From positions 288,001-352,000 of the forward strand of contig CAWFJJ010000008.1 of assembly GCA_963816185.1 (NCBI GenBank): 64,000 nt of DNA, given 5' to 3'. Positions 47,921 to 57,153 of this stretch are shown here, one piece after another. This DNA is from Thermoanaerobaculia bacterium (GTDB taxonomy: Bacteria > Acidobacteriota > Thermoanaerobaculia > UBA5066). The notes beneath the pieces were generated by a model, which saw only the letters and a program-made list of their open reading frames with translations, ran no database searches and was not told where the DNA came from. Position numbers and translations under genes: made by a program. Numbering within the stretch: the stretch's first letter is position 1; each line of letters begins with the position of its first letter.

Positions 47921-49906
47921 ATGAACGCCGTCCGACTCCTTCTTCTCGCCGCAGCCGCTTTCTCGGTGTTCCCGCCGTCCGGCTCGCCGGCGACGGCGGC
48001 CGAAGAGGGCGAGTCCACGTCTAACGCACAGAGCCCGAGCGACTTGGCGGCCCCCGATGCTCTCTTGCCGGCTGTGGCCGATTGCGCCTTCGCACCCTCC
48101 CACGTCGATCCCGACGGGCGCGCGCGCCGAGCCGCCGTATCGCGCGTCACACGAGCGTTCGCGGCTTCTCATCCCGCGGCCGCCCCCGCGCCGGCGGGCG
48201 CCCTGACCGGACTGACTCGTCACATCCGCCGCGCGAACTACGTCGACGACGAGATCTTCGGCGCCCTCGACGCGGCGAAGATCGTCCCGGCGCCCCTTTC
48301 GTCGGACGCAGAATTCCTCCGCCGCGTCACGCTCGATCTTGTGGGCCGCATTCCCGACGCGGCGACCGTCTCGGCTTTTCTCGCCGACCCTTCGGCGGAC
48401 AAACGCAGCCGGATGATCGACACGCTCCTCGCCTCGGACGCCTTCGTCGACCGGTGGGCGTTCTATTACGACGAGCTGTTCCAGAACACGGCGTTTGCGT
48501 CCAGCGGCCGTCTCTATCCCGCCGGCCGCAACGCGTGGCACGCGTATTTCCAGGATGCCGTCCGCTCGCACAAGCCGTGGGACGTGATGGCGAAAGAGCT
48601 GATCGCGGCGACGGGCGACACGACGGGCGAAGGTCCCGCGAACTTCCTGGCGCGCGGCATCCAGACGAACGGCCCCGGCCAGGACACGCTCGACAACCTC
48701 GCGGCGTCGACGGGCACGATCTTCCTCGGTGAGAACGCGATCTTCTGCACGTCGTGCCACAACGGAGCCGGCCACCTCGACTCGATCAACCTCTGGGGTT
48801 CGACCGTTCGCCGGCAGGACTTCTGGGGGATCTCGGCCTTCTACTCGAGGGTCTCGATCGCGCGCCAGACGACGTCGCAGAAGAACGTCTATCACTACAT
48901 CGTCGGCGACCGCTCGTCGGGGAATTACGCGCTCGACACGACGACGGGAAACAAGACCGACCGCACGAGCGCGTACTACACGACGATCCCCGCCGGCCTC
49001 ACGGTCATCACGCCCGGCTACCTGAAGACGCCGACGAATCCGCAGGGCGGCGCCCCGGCGAACGGCGAGGGGTCCCGCGCGGCCCTCGCGCGCCTCGTCA
49101 CCGCGGATCCCCAGTTCGCGCGGGCCGCGGTGAACTACCTTTGGAAGGAGCTCTTCAAGGTGGGGATCGTGGAGCCGGCGGACTCCTTCGACCTCCTGCG
49201 GCAGGATCCTCAGAACCCGCCCCCCGGCGGGTGGACGATTCAGCCGACGCACCCGAACCTCCTCACGAAGCTCGCGCAGGATTACGCCGGGCACGGCTAC
49301 GACCTGCGCTACATCCTCGGCGTCATGGCGAAGTCGAGCGCGTACCAGCTCTCGTCCTTCTACGACGGACCGTGGAGCGAGGCGTACACGCCGTATTTCG
49401 CGCGGCACTTCGCGCGGCGCATGACGGCCGAGGAGACGTTCGACGCGATCACGAGGGCGACGAACGTCCCGGCGAGCCTTCCGGTCACGGGGGCCCCGAA
49501 CGTCGCGTGGGCGATGCAGCTTCCCGACGTGCAGGAGCCCGGCGCGCGGACCGTCGCCGGCAATTTCCTGAACGCGTTTCTGAGAGGCGATCGCGACGGC
49601 GACGCGCGCTCGAACGAGTTCTCGATCTCGCAGGCGCTTCTCCTCCTGAACGACGCAACGGTGACGTCGCGCATCAAGAGCGGCGCCCCCGGCTCGGTCG
49701 TGAACGCGCTCGTCGCCTCGGGCGCGTCGCCGGTTGAGATCGTCTCGTCGCTCTACGTCTCGACCCTCTCCCGCTATCCATCCCCGTCGGAGCTCGCCCA
49801 AGGCGTGGCGCTCTTCTCGACGACTCCGGGCGAGTCGAAGGCGCAGGTCGCCGAGGACCTCCAGTACGCGCTCCTCAACAAGCTCGACTTCTTCTACAAC
49901 TACTGA
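47921..49906 (+). CDS. DUF1549/DUF1553-like secreted protein
   Basis: Signal peptide; NYVDDEI, DAEFLRRVTLDLVGRIP, CTSCH, FARAAVN, PTHPNLL, SSAYQLSS, RRMTAEE, QALLLLN. Confidence 0.85.
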   Translation: MNAVRLLLLAAAAFSVFPPSGSPATAAEEGESTSNAQSPSDLAAPDALLPAVADCAFAPSHVDPDGRARRAAVSRVTRAFAASHPAAAPAPAGALTGLTRHIRRANYVDDEIFGALDAAKIVPAPLSSDAEFLRRVTLDLVGRIPDAATVSAFLADPSADKRSRMIDTLLASDAFVDRWAFYYDELFQNTAFASSGRLYPAGRNAWHAYFQDAVRSHKPWDVMAKELIAATGDTTGEGPANFLARGIQTNGPGQDTLDNLAASTGTIFLGENAIFCTSCHNGAGHLDSINLWGSTVRRQDFWGISAFYSRVSIARQTTSQKNVYHYIVGDRSSGNYALDTTTGNKTDRTSAYYTTIPAGLTVITPGYLKTPTNPQGGAPANGEGSRAALARLVTADPQFARAAVNYLWKELFKVGIVEPADSFDLLRQDPQNPPPGGWTIQPTHPNLLTKLAQDYAGHGYDLRYILGVMAKSSAYQLSSFYDGPWSEAYTPYFARHFARRMTAEETFDAITRATNVPASLPVTGAPNVAWAMQLPDVQEPGARTVAGNFLNAFLRGDRDGDARSNEFSISQALLLLNDATVTSRIKSGAPGSVVNALVASGASPVEIVSSLYVSTLSRYPSPSELAQGVALFSTTPGESKAQVAEDLQYALLNKLDFFYNY

Positions 49907-49914
49907 GGCCCTCC

Positions 49915-51318
49915 ATGAAATCGCTGCTCCCAAGCCTGCCCGCTCCCGGCGTGACGCCGTACACCGGCCCCGAGCTCTCCCGCCGCGGCTTCCTCGAGGT
50001 CGGCGCCGCGGGCCTCGTCGCGTCGTGGTTCCTGAAGTCCCCTGCGGCGGCCTGGGCGGCGACCTCGGCGCAGGTCACGACGCGGAACACCGCGAAGAAC
50101 GTGATTTTCATCTTCCTTCCCGGTGCGCCGAGCCAGATCGACACCTGGGACCTCAAGGAAGGGGCGTGGACGCCCGCCGACTTCGCGCCGGCGAGCTTCG
50201 GCGGGGGCCTGCGCTTCCCGGCCGGCCTCTTGCCGAACCTGGCGAATCACCTCGGCGACGTCGCGATCGTGCGCTCGATGATGTCGCACGCGCTCGTCCA
50301 CGGCCTGGGCCAGACGTGGCTCCAGATCTCGCGCAACCCGACGGGCGCGACGGGCTCCGAGGCGCCGAACATGGGATCGATCGCGGCGCTCGAGCTGGAC
50401 CCGCAGCGCGGAGCCCAGGATGTCCTGCCGTCGTTTCTCTCGCTCAACACGCAGCCGAATCTCTCGGGAGCGGGCTACTTCCCGTCCACGTACTCGCCGT
50501 TCGTCGTGCAGCCCACGGCGACCGGGCTTGCCAGTCTGACCCATCCCGACGGCACGGTCCGATTCGCGACGCGCTGGAACGACCTCGAGCAGCTCGACGC
50601 CGCGCTCCGTTCCGGTCAGCCGCTCGGCAAGGACGCATCGGACGCCGTGAACTTCTACGACCAGGCCAAGATCCTCGTCGACACGCCCTCCGTGAACGGC
50701 CTCTTCGGCTACTCGACGGCGGACGCGCAGCGCTACGGGAGCTCCTCCTTCGGGAACGGGTGCCTCGTCGCCAAGCAGGTCCTTGCCGGGGGCCGCGGCG
50801 TGCGTTTCATCATGGTCTCGGTCGGCGGCTGGGACATGCACAGCAACATTTACGACAAGGCCGCCGGCACGAACCTCTACACGCAGACGGCGCAGCTCGA
50901 CCCCGCGCTCGCAAGCCTTATCGGCGACCTGAAGGCCGCTCCCGGGACGACGCCCGGCAAGACGCTCTTCGACGAGACGCTCGTCGTCGTCGCGGGCGAG
51001 TTCGGCCGCACGGTCGGCAACCTCAACGGCCAGCAGGGCCGGGACCACTTCGCGATCAACAGCGCGCTCTTCGCGGGCGGCGGCGTGAAAGGCGGCCAGG
51101 TCCTCGGCGCGACCGACGCGACCGGCGGGACGATCACGGACTCCGGCGTGACGGGCCGGACGGAATTGCGGGCCGAGGATCTCGCGTGCACGGTCTACTC
51201 GGCGCTCGGGATCGACTGGACCACGATGCGGCACGACGACCCCCTCGGCCGCGGCTTCGAGTACGTGCCGAACGCGGCCGCCGGCGTCTACGCTCCGATC
51301 GACCGGCTCTTCGGCTAG
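49915..51318 (+). CDS. DUF1501 family protein (Tat signal, sulfatase-like fold)
   Basis: SRRGFL; GAPSQIDTWD, GWDMH, GEFGRT, GRDH and AGGGVKGG. Confidence 0.88.
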   Translation: MKSLLPSLPAPGVTPYTGPELSRRGFLEVGAAGLVASWFLKSPAAAWAATSAQVTTRNTAKNVIFIFLPGAPSQIDTWDLKEGAWTPADFAPASFGGGLRFPAGLLPNLANHLGDVAIVRSMMSHALVHGLGQTWLQISRNPTGATGSEAPNMGSIAALELDPQRGAQDVLPSFLSLNTQPNLSGAGYFPSTYSPFVVQPTATGLASLTHPDGTVRFATRWNDLEQLDAALRSGQPLGKDASDAVNFYDQAKILVDTPSVNGLFGYSTADAQRYGSSSFGNGCLVAKQVLAGGRGVRFIMVSVGGWDMHSNIYDKAAGTNLYTQTAQLDPALASLIGDLKAAPGTTPGKTLFDETLVVVAGEFGRTVGNLNGQQGRDHFAINSALFAGGGVKGGQVLGATDATGGTITDSGVTGRTELRAEDLACTVYSALGIDWTTMRHDDPLGRGFEYVPNAAAGVYAPIDRLFG

Positions 51319-51323
51319 CCCAT

Positions 51324-51356
51324 GGGGGGTGCGGGGGGAGCGGGGAAGCTCCCCCC
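51324..51356 (+). repeat. G-run/G-run/hairpin/C-run element, copy 4
   Basis: GGGGGG-TGC-GGGGGG-AGCGGGGAAGCT-CCCCCC, 5 nt after the DUF1501 stop. Confidence 0.7.
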
Positions 51357-51443
51357 GACCGAAGGATTAAGATTCCTTCGAGTGAATGAGTCTAGGACTC
51401 CGGCTGGCGCCGAGCGGCGCCGCCGACGCGCCTCCGGCGGGAC

Positions 51444-52385
51444 GTGAGGCCGCTCTCCCCGCCCGCTCCGATGCTCGCCACGCGCGTGGACGCGCCGTTC
51501 ACGCGTCCGGGCTGGATCTTCGAGCCGAAGTACGACGGGTGGCGCGTCCTCGCGCGCCGGCGCGGGAACCGCGTGGCGCTCTTTTCACGCAACGGCCTCG
51601 ACCTCACCGGGGGCGAGCCTGCGGTCGTCGCGGCCCTCGCGTCGCTTCCGGACGGGGATTTCGTCGTGGACGGCGAGCTCGTCGTGTTCGGCAAGGACGG
51701 CGTTCCGCGGTTCTCGCTCCTCCAGAAGAGAGGCGAACCGGGCGCGCTGCCCCCGAGCCTCATCCTGTTCGACTGTCTCGAGAAGGACGGGTCGGCGCTC
51801 GTGTCGCGCCCGCTCGCCGAGAGGCGCGCGGCTCTCGAATCGCTCGTCGGCCGTCGTCCGAAAAAGCCGCTCGTCCTCTCCGAGCGCCTCGGGGCGGACG
51901 GCGCCAAGGCATTCGAGCGCGCCCTCGCGGAAGGCTGGGAAGGCATCATCGGGAAGGACCTCGCCTCGCGCTACGAGGCGGGCCGGCGGTCATTGCGCTG
52001 GCTGAAGGTCAAGGCGCGGAAGGAATCCGAGTTCGTGATCGGCGGGTTCACGCTGCCACGCGGCACGCGCCTGCACTTCGGGGCGCTCCTCGTCGGGCTC
52101 TACGAAGGGAAGGCGCTGCGGTTCTGCGGCGCGGTCGGGACGGGCTTCTCGGACGAGGTCCTCCTCGGCCTCCTCGAGAAGCTCCAGCCGCTGCAGCGCG
52201 ACGTCTGCCCGTTCGCGTCCGTCCCTCGCGAGGTGAAGGACGCGGCGTGGGTCGCTCCGAAGCTCGTCGCGCAGGTCGTTTACGCCGAGTGGACGGCCGA
52301 CGAGAAGCTCCGCCAGCCGGCCTTCCTCGGCCTCAGGAACGACAAGAAGCCGAAGGAATGCCGCTGGGAAGAGAGAGAGAAATAG
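51444..52385 (+). CDS. ATP-dependent DNA ligase (stand-alone LigD-type ligase domain)
   Basis: EPKYDGWR, DGEL, LFD, EGIIGK and WLKVK; OB fold ending LRQPAFLGLRNDK. Confidence 0.9.
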   Translation: MRPLSPPAPMLATRVDAPFTRPGWIFEPKYDGWRVLARRRGNRVALFSRNGLDLTGGEPAVVAALASLPDGDFVVDGELVVFGKDGVPRFSLLQKRGEPGALPPSLILFDCLEKDGSALVSRPLAERRAALESLVGRRPKKPLVLSERLGADGAKAFERALAEGWEGIIGKDLASRYEAGRRSLRWLKVKARKESEFVIGGFTLPRGTRLHFGALLVGLYEGKALRFCGAVGTGFSDEVLLGLLEKLQPLQRDVCPFASVPREVKDAAWVAPKLVAQVVYAEWTADEKLRQPAFLGLRNDKKPKECRWEEREK

Positions 52386-53801
52386 CTACGGCACGATCGT
52401 GATCGTGCCGGTCATGCCGTTGTGCTGTGCCAGCGTCGGAGCACACTCCGTGTGCGTGCAGGCGTAGGTGTACGGAGACGCCGCGACCATGTTCGCGGTC
52501 GGCGTGAAGCTGACCGTGCAGGGGAGATTGGCCGTGATGACGTCGCATTGCGTGATCCCGAGGAGCGCGAGGCCGCCGACGCCGTGCGTCTTGCCCTCGC
52601 TCTGCGGCGTCGTCCACGTGATCGTGTAGGGCTGGCCGACCTTGAGATTCACGTTGTTGTTCGTAGTGCCGCTGCACGGACCCGTCTGGCAAACGTACGT
52701 CCAGTGCGTGTTGTTCGTCGTCGTCGCCAGGATGGTGACGGTGATCGGGGCCGCCGTCCCCACGACGACGTCTTTCGTCGCGGAGCCCGTGCCGTTCGCG
52801 TTGTCGACGAAAAGCGCCGTGTGGTACGTCCCCGGCGCCGCGTACGTGTGCGTCGACGTGCCGGTCGTCGTCGAGTCGACCGCTCCGTCGCCGAACGCCC
52901 AGAAGCGGTTCACGGGTGAGTTCGTGGACGTGTCGGTGAACGTGGCGGCTTGCCCGGTAACCGGGCTGGCCGGGGTCACCGTGTAGGAGGCGACGGGAGC
53001 GGACGACGAGACGTTCGGCTCGGCCGTCATGACGATGGCGAAGGGATCGCCGGATGCGTTGTTGATGACGGACGCGAAGACGAGGACGGGCTGGTCGCTC
53101 GTGAACTCCACCCAGAGATTCGTGTCGGTGGTGCCCGCGACGCCCGGAAACGTGCCGCCGTCGTCGAGCGCCTTCTGCACGAGCCCGTTCGCGCCGACGG
53201 AGATCGTGCCGCTCGAGAGCTGGCTCCCGTCGCCCTTCCGGATCTTCACCGTCACGTTCGCGGCGGTCGCACCGGGGTTCATGAAATCGAGGTTGCTGCG
53301 GTAGCCGGTCGTCGCGTTCGCGCTCGCGGCGAGCTGGACCAGCGTGCCGGCTTTGAGGGCCGTGGTCGTGTCGATTCCCGGCAGCCATTGCCCGGAGACG
53401 GAGCCGTTGCCGCAGGCGTTCACGTTGTTCACGCCCGAGGAGACGATCAGCTCACCCGCCGTCTCGAGCCGAATGGGGCCGAACACGCCGATCGACTGCC
53501 CGAAGAGGCCCTGGAGGGCGTTGTCGTACGCGAGCTGCTCGCGCGGTCCGATCGTCACGACCGGCATCTGCACGGTGTTGACGACGTTTCCGGCCGCGTC
53601 CGAGCGGTAGAAAATCGGCGTGAAGTTGATCGGAGAGCTCGTCGGGTTGAACACGCGGACGTCGGAGTGAAACTCGGCGTTGTTCTTCCCCGACGAGAAC
53701 GCGGACGACGGAATCACGACGTCGCCCAACGCCGCGGCGGCGGTGAGCGCGAGCGCGAGAACGAGCGGCAGAACGAAACGTACTTGAGCCGGTGTCTTCA
53801 T
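52386..53801 (-). CDS. Secreted protein with PKD domain and C-terminal cupredoxin-like domain
   Basis: Signal peptide; FTDTST...WAFGDG...[12 protein letters not shown]; C-terminal H...YACTHTEC...[10 protein letters not shown]. Confidence 0.8.
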   Translation of the reverse strand: MKTPAQVRFVLPLVLALALTAAAALGDVVIPSSAFSSGKNNAEFHSDVRVFNPTSSPINFTPIFYRSDAAGNVVNTVQMPVVTIGPREQLAYDNALQGLFGQSIGVFGPIRLETAGELIVSSGVNNVNACGNGSVSGQWLPGIDTTTALKAGTLVQLAASANATTGYRSNLDFMNPGATAANVTVKIRKGDGSQLSSGTISVGANGLVQKALDDGGTFPGVAGTTDTNLWVEFTSDQPVLVFASVINNASGDPFAIVMTAEPNVSSSAPVASYTVTPASPVTGQAATFTDTSTNSPVNRFWAFGDGAVDSTTTGTSTHTYAAPGTYHTALFVDNANGTGSATKDVVVGTAAPITVTILATTTNNTHWTYVCQTGPCSGTTNNNVNLKVGQPYTITWTTPQSEGKTHGVGGLALLGITQCDVITANLPCTVSFTPTANMVAASPYTYACTHTECAPTLAQHNGMTGTITIVP

Positions 53802-53932
53802 CGAAATCCTTTCGTAGCGCGTCAAGAAACGGGCCGCAGCGCGAGTCCTCCGGGAGTGGCGGCAGCACGGAATGTCTCACACGGTTGGACGCAGAGGGAG
53901 TGTCTGAGATCACGAGCGGGTACACTTTCCGC

Positions 53933-54877
53933 GTGGATTTCTGGAAAAATCGCCGCGTTCTCGTCACCGGAGCGGGCGGCTTTCTCGGGCGCTCGCTCGT
54001 TCGCGCGCTCGAGGCGCGCGGTCCTGCTGTGCTCCTCATTCCGCGATCGACTCAGCTCGACTTGCGCGAGCGCGACGCCGTGCGCGCGTATCTGGCGCAC
54101 GAGAAGCCGGACCTCATCGTCCATCTCGCCGCGGTCGTCGGCGGCATCGGCGCGAACCGCAGGCATCCGGGCCTTTTCTTTTTCGAGAACGCGATCATGG
54201 GCGTCCAGCTCATCGAGGAAGCGCGCCGCGCAGGGATCGGGAAATTCGTCTGCCTCGGAACAATCTGCGCGTACCCCAAGCACACGCCCGTGCCGTTCCG
54301 GGAAGAGGACCTGTGGAACGGCTATCCGGAGGAGACGAACGCGCCGTACGGCCTCGCGAAGAAAATGCTCCTCGTCCAGCTCCAGGCGTACCGCGAGGAG
54401 TACGGCTTTCCGGGCATCTACCTTCTTCCGGTGAACCTCTACGGCCCTGAAGACCACTTCGACCTCGAGAGCTCGCACGTGATCCCCGCGATGATCCGCA
54501 AGTTCCTCGAGGCGCACGAGAGCGGCGCGCGCGAGGTCGTCCTCTGGGGCGACGGCTCGCCGACGCGCGAGTTCCTCTACGTGGAGGACGCCGCCGAGGG
54601 AATTCTCGCGGCCGCGGAGCGATACGACGGCGCCGATCCGGTCAACCTCGGCTCGGGCGACGAGATCTCCATCAAGGACCTTGCGGCGCTCGTCGCCAAA
54701 GAGACCGGATTCGGCGGCGGCATCCGGTGGGACGTCTCGCAGCCGAACGGCCAGCCGCGGCGGAAGCTGGACGTGACGCGGGCGCAGCAGCTCTTCGGCT
54801 GGAGGTCGCGAGTCTCGTTGACCGAGGGCCTCCGCCGGACGATCGACTGGTACAGAGGGGCCGCCAGGACCGTCTGA
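53933..54877 (+). CDS. fcl: GDP-L-fucose synthase family epimerase/reductase
   Basis: [47 protein letters not shown] and PNGQPR. Confidence 0.93.
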   Translation: MDFWKNRRVLVTGAGGFLGRSLVRALEARGPAVLLIPRSTQLDLRERDAVRAYLAHEKPDLIVHLAAVVGGIGANRRHPGLFFFENAIMGVQLIEEARRAGIGKFVCLGTICAYPKHTPVPFREEDLWNGYPEETNAPYGLAKKMLLVQLQAYREEYGFPGIYLLPVNLYGPEDHFDLESSHVIPAMIRKFLEAHESGAREVVLWGDGSPTREFLYVEDAAEGILAAAERYDGADPVNLGSGDEISIKDLAALVAKETGFGGGIRWDVSQPNGQPRRKLDVTRAQQLFGWRSRVSLTEGLRRTIDWYRGAARTV

Positions 54878-55062
54878 CAGCTGGATTCCGCCCACGACTA
54901 ATCGTCGGCTCCCTGTTCTCCGAAGCGACACAATTTGGTTGCAAACGTCTAAGCCAAGGCCGGTTACTCACCCTGAAACTGGCTCATCAGCCGATGTTTA
55001 AACCTTTCTTATACAGATGCTTGACAGGCGAATTGACACCCATTCTCATGTACTCCATATGT

Positions 55063-55078
55063 AGGCACCTATGTTGCT
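55063..55078 (+). promoter_or_regulatory. Sigma54 (-24/-12) promoter of the pilus operon
   Basis: AGGCAC-CTATG-TTGCT with GG 55064-65 and GC 55076-77 at the canonical spacing, in an AT-rich intergenic region. Confidence 0.75.
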
Positions 55079-55198
55079 AACAAATGTGTCAGTGAAACAG
55101 AGATGACACACTACCGTGGAGCAGAAGAGGCCGCCTCGGGTGTCAAACAGAAAAAGAAAAACAACAGGAAAGAGAAAAGAGAGAAGAAGGAGAATCCC

Positions 55199-55681
55199 AT
55201 GAAAAAGACGCTCATCCCCATCGCGCTGGCCTTTGCGCTCATCGCACTAGCACCGGCGGCCTTCGCGGCCTCTACGCCCGGCACCCTCACCGTGACCGCG
55301 AGCGTGGCGGCTAACTGCACGATCTCGAACGCGACCTTGGCCTTCGGCGCGTACGATCCGGTCTCGGCGAACGCCTCAACAGGGATCGACCTCGACGCGC
55401 AGACCACGATGTCCGTGCTCTGCACGAAGGGGGTCACGCCCACAATCTCGACCGCCACCGCGGGCGGGGCGATGGCCAGCACCCCGGCCGGCTTCTCGCT
55501 GAATTACCTGCTCTTCTCGAACTCCGGCCGCACGACGTCCTTCGTCACGCCGTTCTCGCTGGGTGCGTCCGCCTCCAACAAGACCGCGCAGACCGTGACG
55601 ATCTACGGCCGGGTCGCGAAGGACCAGGACGTGGGCGTCGCGGCCTACAGCGGAACGACCACGGTCACCGTCAACTTCTAA
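55199..55681 (+). CDS. Spore coat U/Csu-type major pilin
   Basis: SD AAGGAG and signal peptide; LTVTASVAANC, LAFGAYD, VLCTKG, TIYGRV and terminal VTVNF. Confidence 0.9.
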   Translation: MKKTLIPIALAFALIALAPAAFAASTPGTLTVTASVAANCTISNATLAFGAYDPVSANASTGIDLDAQTTMSVLCTKGVTPTISTATAGGAMASTPAGFSLNYLLFSNSGRTTSFVTPFSLGASASNKTAQTVTIYGRVAKDQDVGVAAYSGTTTVTVNF

Positions 55682-55698
55682 AGCTCTACTTCTGACCT

Positions 55699-55736
55699 GA
55701 CGCCGCCCCGGGTCTGCCGATCCGTCGGGCGGCGTC
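55699..55736 (+). terminator. Stem-loop after the major pilin (partial terminator or mRNA stabiliser)
   Basis: 10-bp stem GACGCCGCCC...GGGCGGCGTC; no U-tract. Confidence 0.45.
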
Positions 55737-55797
55737 GCCTCTGAAGGGTGTACCGAAAACGCATCCAGCCAGCCGTAACTGAAGAGGAGTCCCACCC

Positions 55798-56319
55798 GTG
55801 AAACGACCGCTCGCCATCGCCTTCGCCGCCGCCCTCCTCGGGGCCGGCCCGCTTGCCGGAGCAAGCGCCACGGCGAGCCTGAGCGTGTCGGTCACGGTCT
55901 CCAGCAACTGCCGGATCTCCGCTTCCCCTATCGGGTTCGGCGCGTACGACCCCGTCGTGGCGAACCTCGCGACGCCGGTGACGGGAACCGGAGGCGTCAC
56001 GATCACGTGCACGCGGGGGACGTCGGCGTCCCTCACGCTCGGCCCCGGCGCGAACCCGTCCGGCTCCACGCGGCGGATGCGGGGCGGAACCGGATTCATC
56101 TCCTACGAGCTCTACATGCCGGCTTCCGAGAGCCCGGGCGCGCCGTGCAGCTTCGCGTCCCCGAGGGTGTGGGGAACGGCTGGCGACGCCGTCTTCACGC
56201 CCTCTTCCGCCCCCAGCCGGGATCCCAGGTCGTACAATGTCTGCGGTCGCATTCCAGAAGCTCAGGACGTCCTCGCCGCCACCTACTTCGATGCGGTCGT
56301 GGCAACGGCCAACTTCTGA
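55798..56319 (+). CDS. Spore coat U/Csu-type pilin 2
   Basis: VSVTVSSNC, FGAYD, ITCTRG, ISYELY and terminal ATANF. Confidence 0.88.
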   Translation: MKRPLAIAFAAALLGAGPLAGASATASLSVSVTVSSNCRISASPIGFGAYDPVVANLATPVTGTGGVTITCTRGTSASLTLGPGANPSGSTRRMRGGTGFISYELYMPASESPGAPCSFASPRVWGTAGDAVFTPSSAPSRDPRSYNVCGRIPEAQDVLAATYFDAVVATANF

Positions 56320-56336
56320 GAATAGGGGGCTCGGTC

Positions 56337-57124
56337 GTGGACGCAGGTCTTTCCGTTCTGCAGTTGAAGCTCCGCGCGGCGGGGCTGGCCCTTTTTCTTC
56401 TTATCGCGGCGCTTCCGGCTCCCGCGGCCACGTTCAAGGTCTCGCCGATCCAGATCTACCTATCCACCCACAGGACCACCGAGCTTCTCTCGGTCGAGAA
56501 CCAGAGCACCGAGACCGTGCGGCTTCAGGTGACCGCATTCGGCTGGAACCAGAGCCCCAAGGGCGAGATCGAGCTCTTGCCGACGGAGGACGTCGTGTTC
56601 TTCCCGTCGCTTCTGACGCTGGAGCCGGGAAAGGAACGGAAGATCCGCATCGGCGTCTCGAAGCCACCGGGAGCGGTCGAGAGAACGTATCGCGTGTTCG
56701 TCGAGGAGCTTCCCCCCTCGAAAAGCCCTCCGAAGTCGGAAACCGTTCCGAGGTGAAGGTCCTGACGCGCTTCGGAATTCCGATCTTCGTCCAGCCGGCG
56801 AAACTTACGAAGACGGGCGCGATCGAGGGCGCGAAGCTGGAGTCCGGCACGGTGAAGTTCCAGGTGAAGAACACCGGGAACGCGGCGTTTTCGGTCCTTT
56901 CGGTACGTGCGACCGGAGCGGCCGCCGGCGGCGCCCAGACCTTCGAGAACCAGGCGGCAGGCTGGTACGTCCTCGCCGGAGGCGAACGCGCGTTCGAGAT
57001 CGCAATTCCGCCGGCCGACTGCCGGCGCACGAAGACGATTTCCGTCGAGGCGAAAACCGAGCGCGACGCCTGGAAGGCCTCGCTCGCCGTGGCGCCGGAG
57101 GCGTGCGAGCCGGCGTCGCGCTGA
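56337..57124 (+). CDS. Fimbrial periplasmic chaperone (PapD/CsuC-like); frameshift near 56745
   Basis: FKVSPIQI, FFPSLLTLEPG and YRVFVEELP, then RFGIPIFV, KNTGN and WYVLAG in the next frame. Confidence 0.88.
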
Positions 57125-57153
57125 GAGGGGCGTCGCATGCGCTCTGCCTGCTT

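Noticed and set aside
51444-52385. Complete NHEJ (Ku-LigD) system
   Set aside because: Only a ligase domain is present; no polymerase or phosphoesterase domain and no Ku in the window
53802-55198. c-di-GMP or other riboswitch upstream of the PKD gene or the pilus operon
   Set aside because: The conserved GEMM core and paired stems could not be identified by eye; an Rfam/Infernal scan would be decisive
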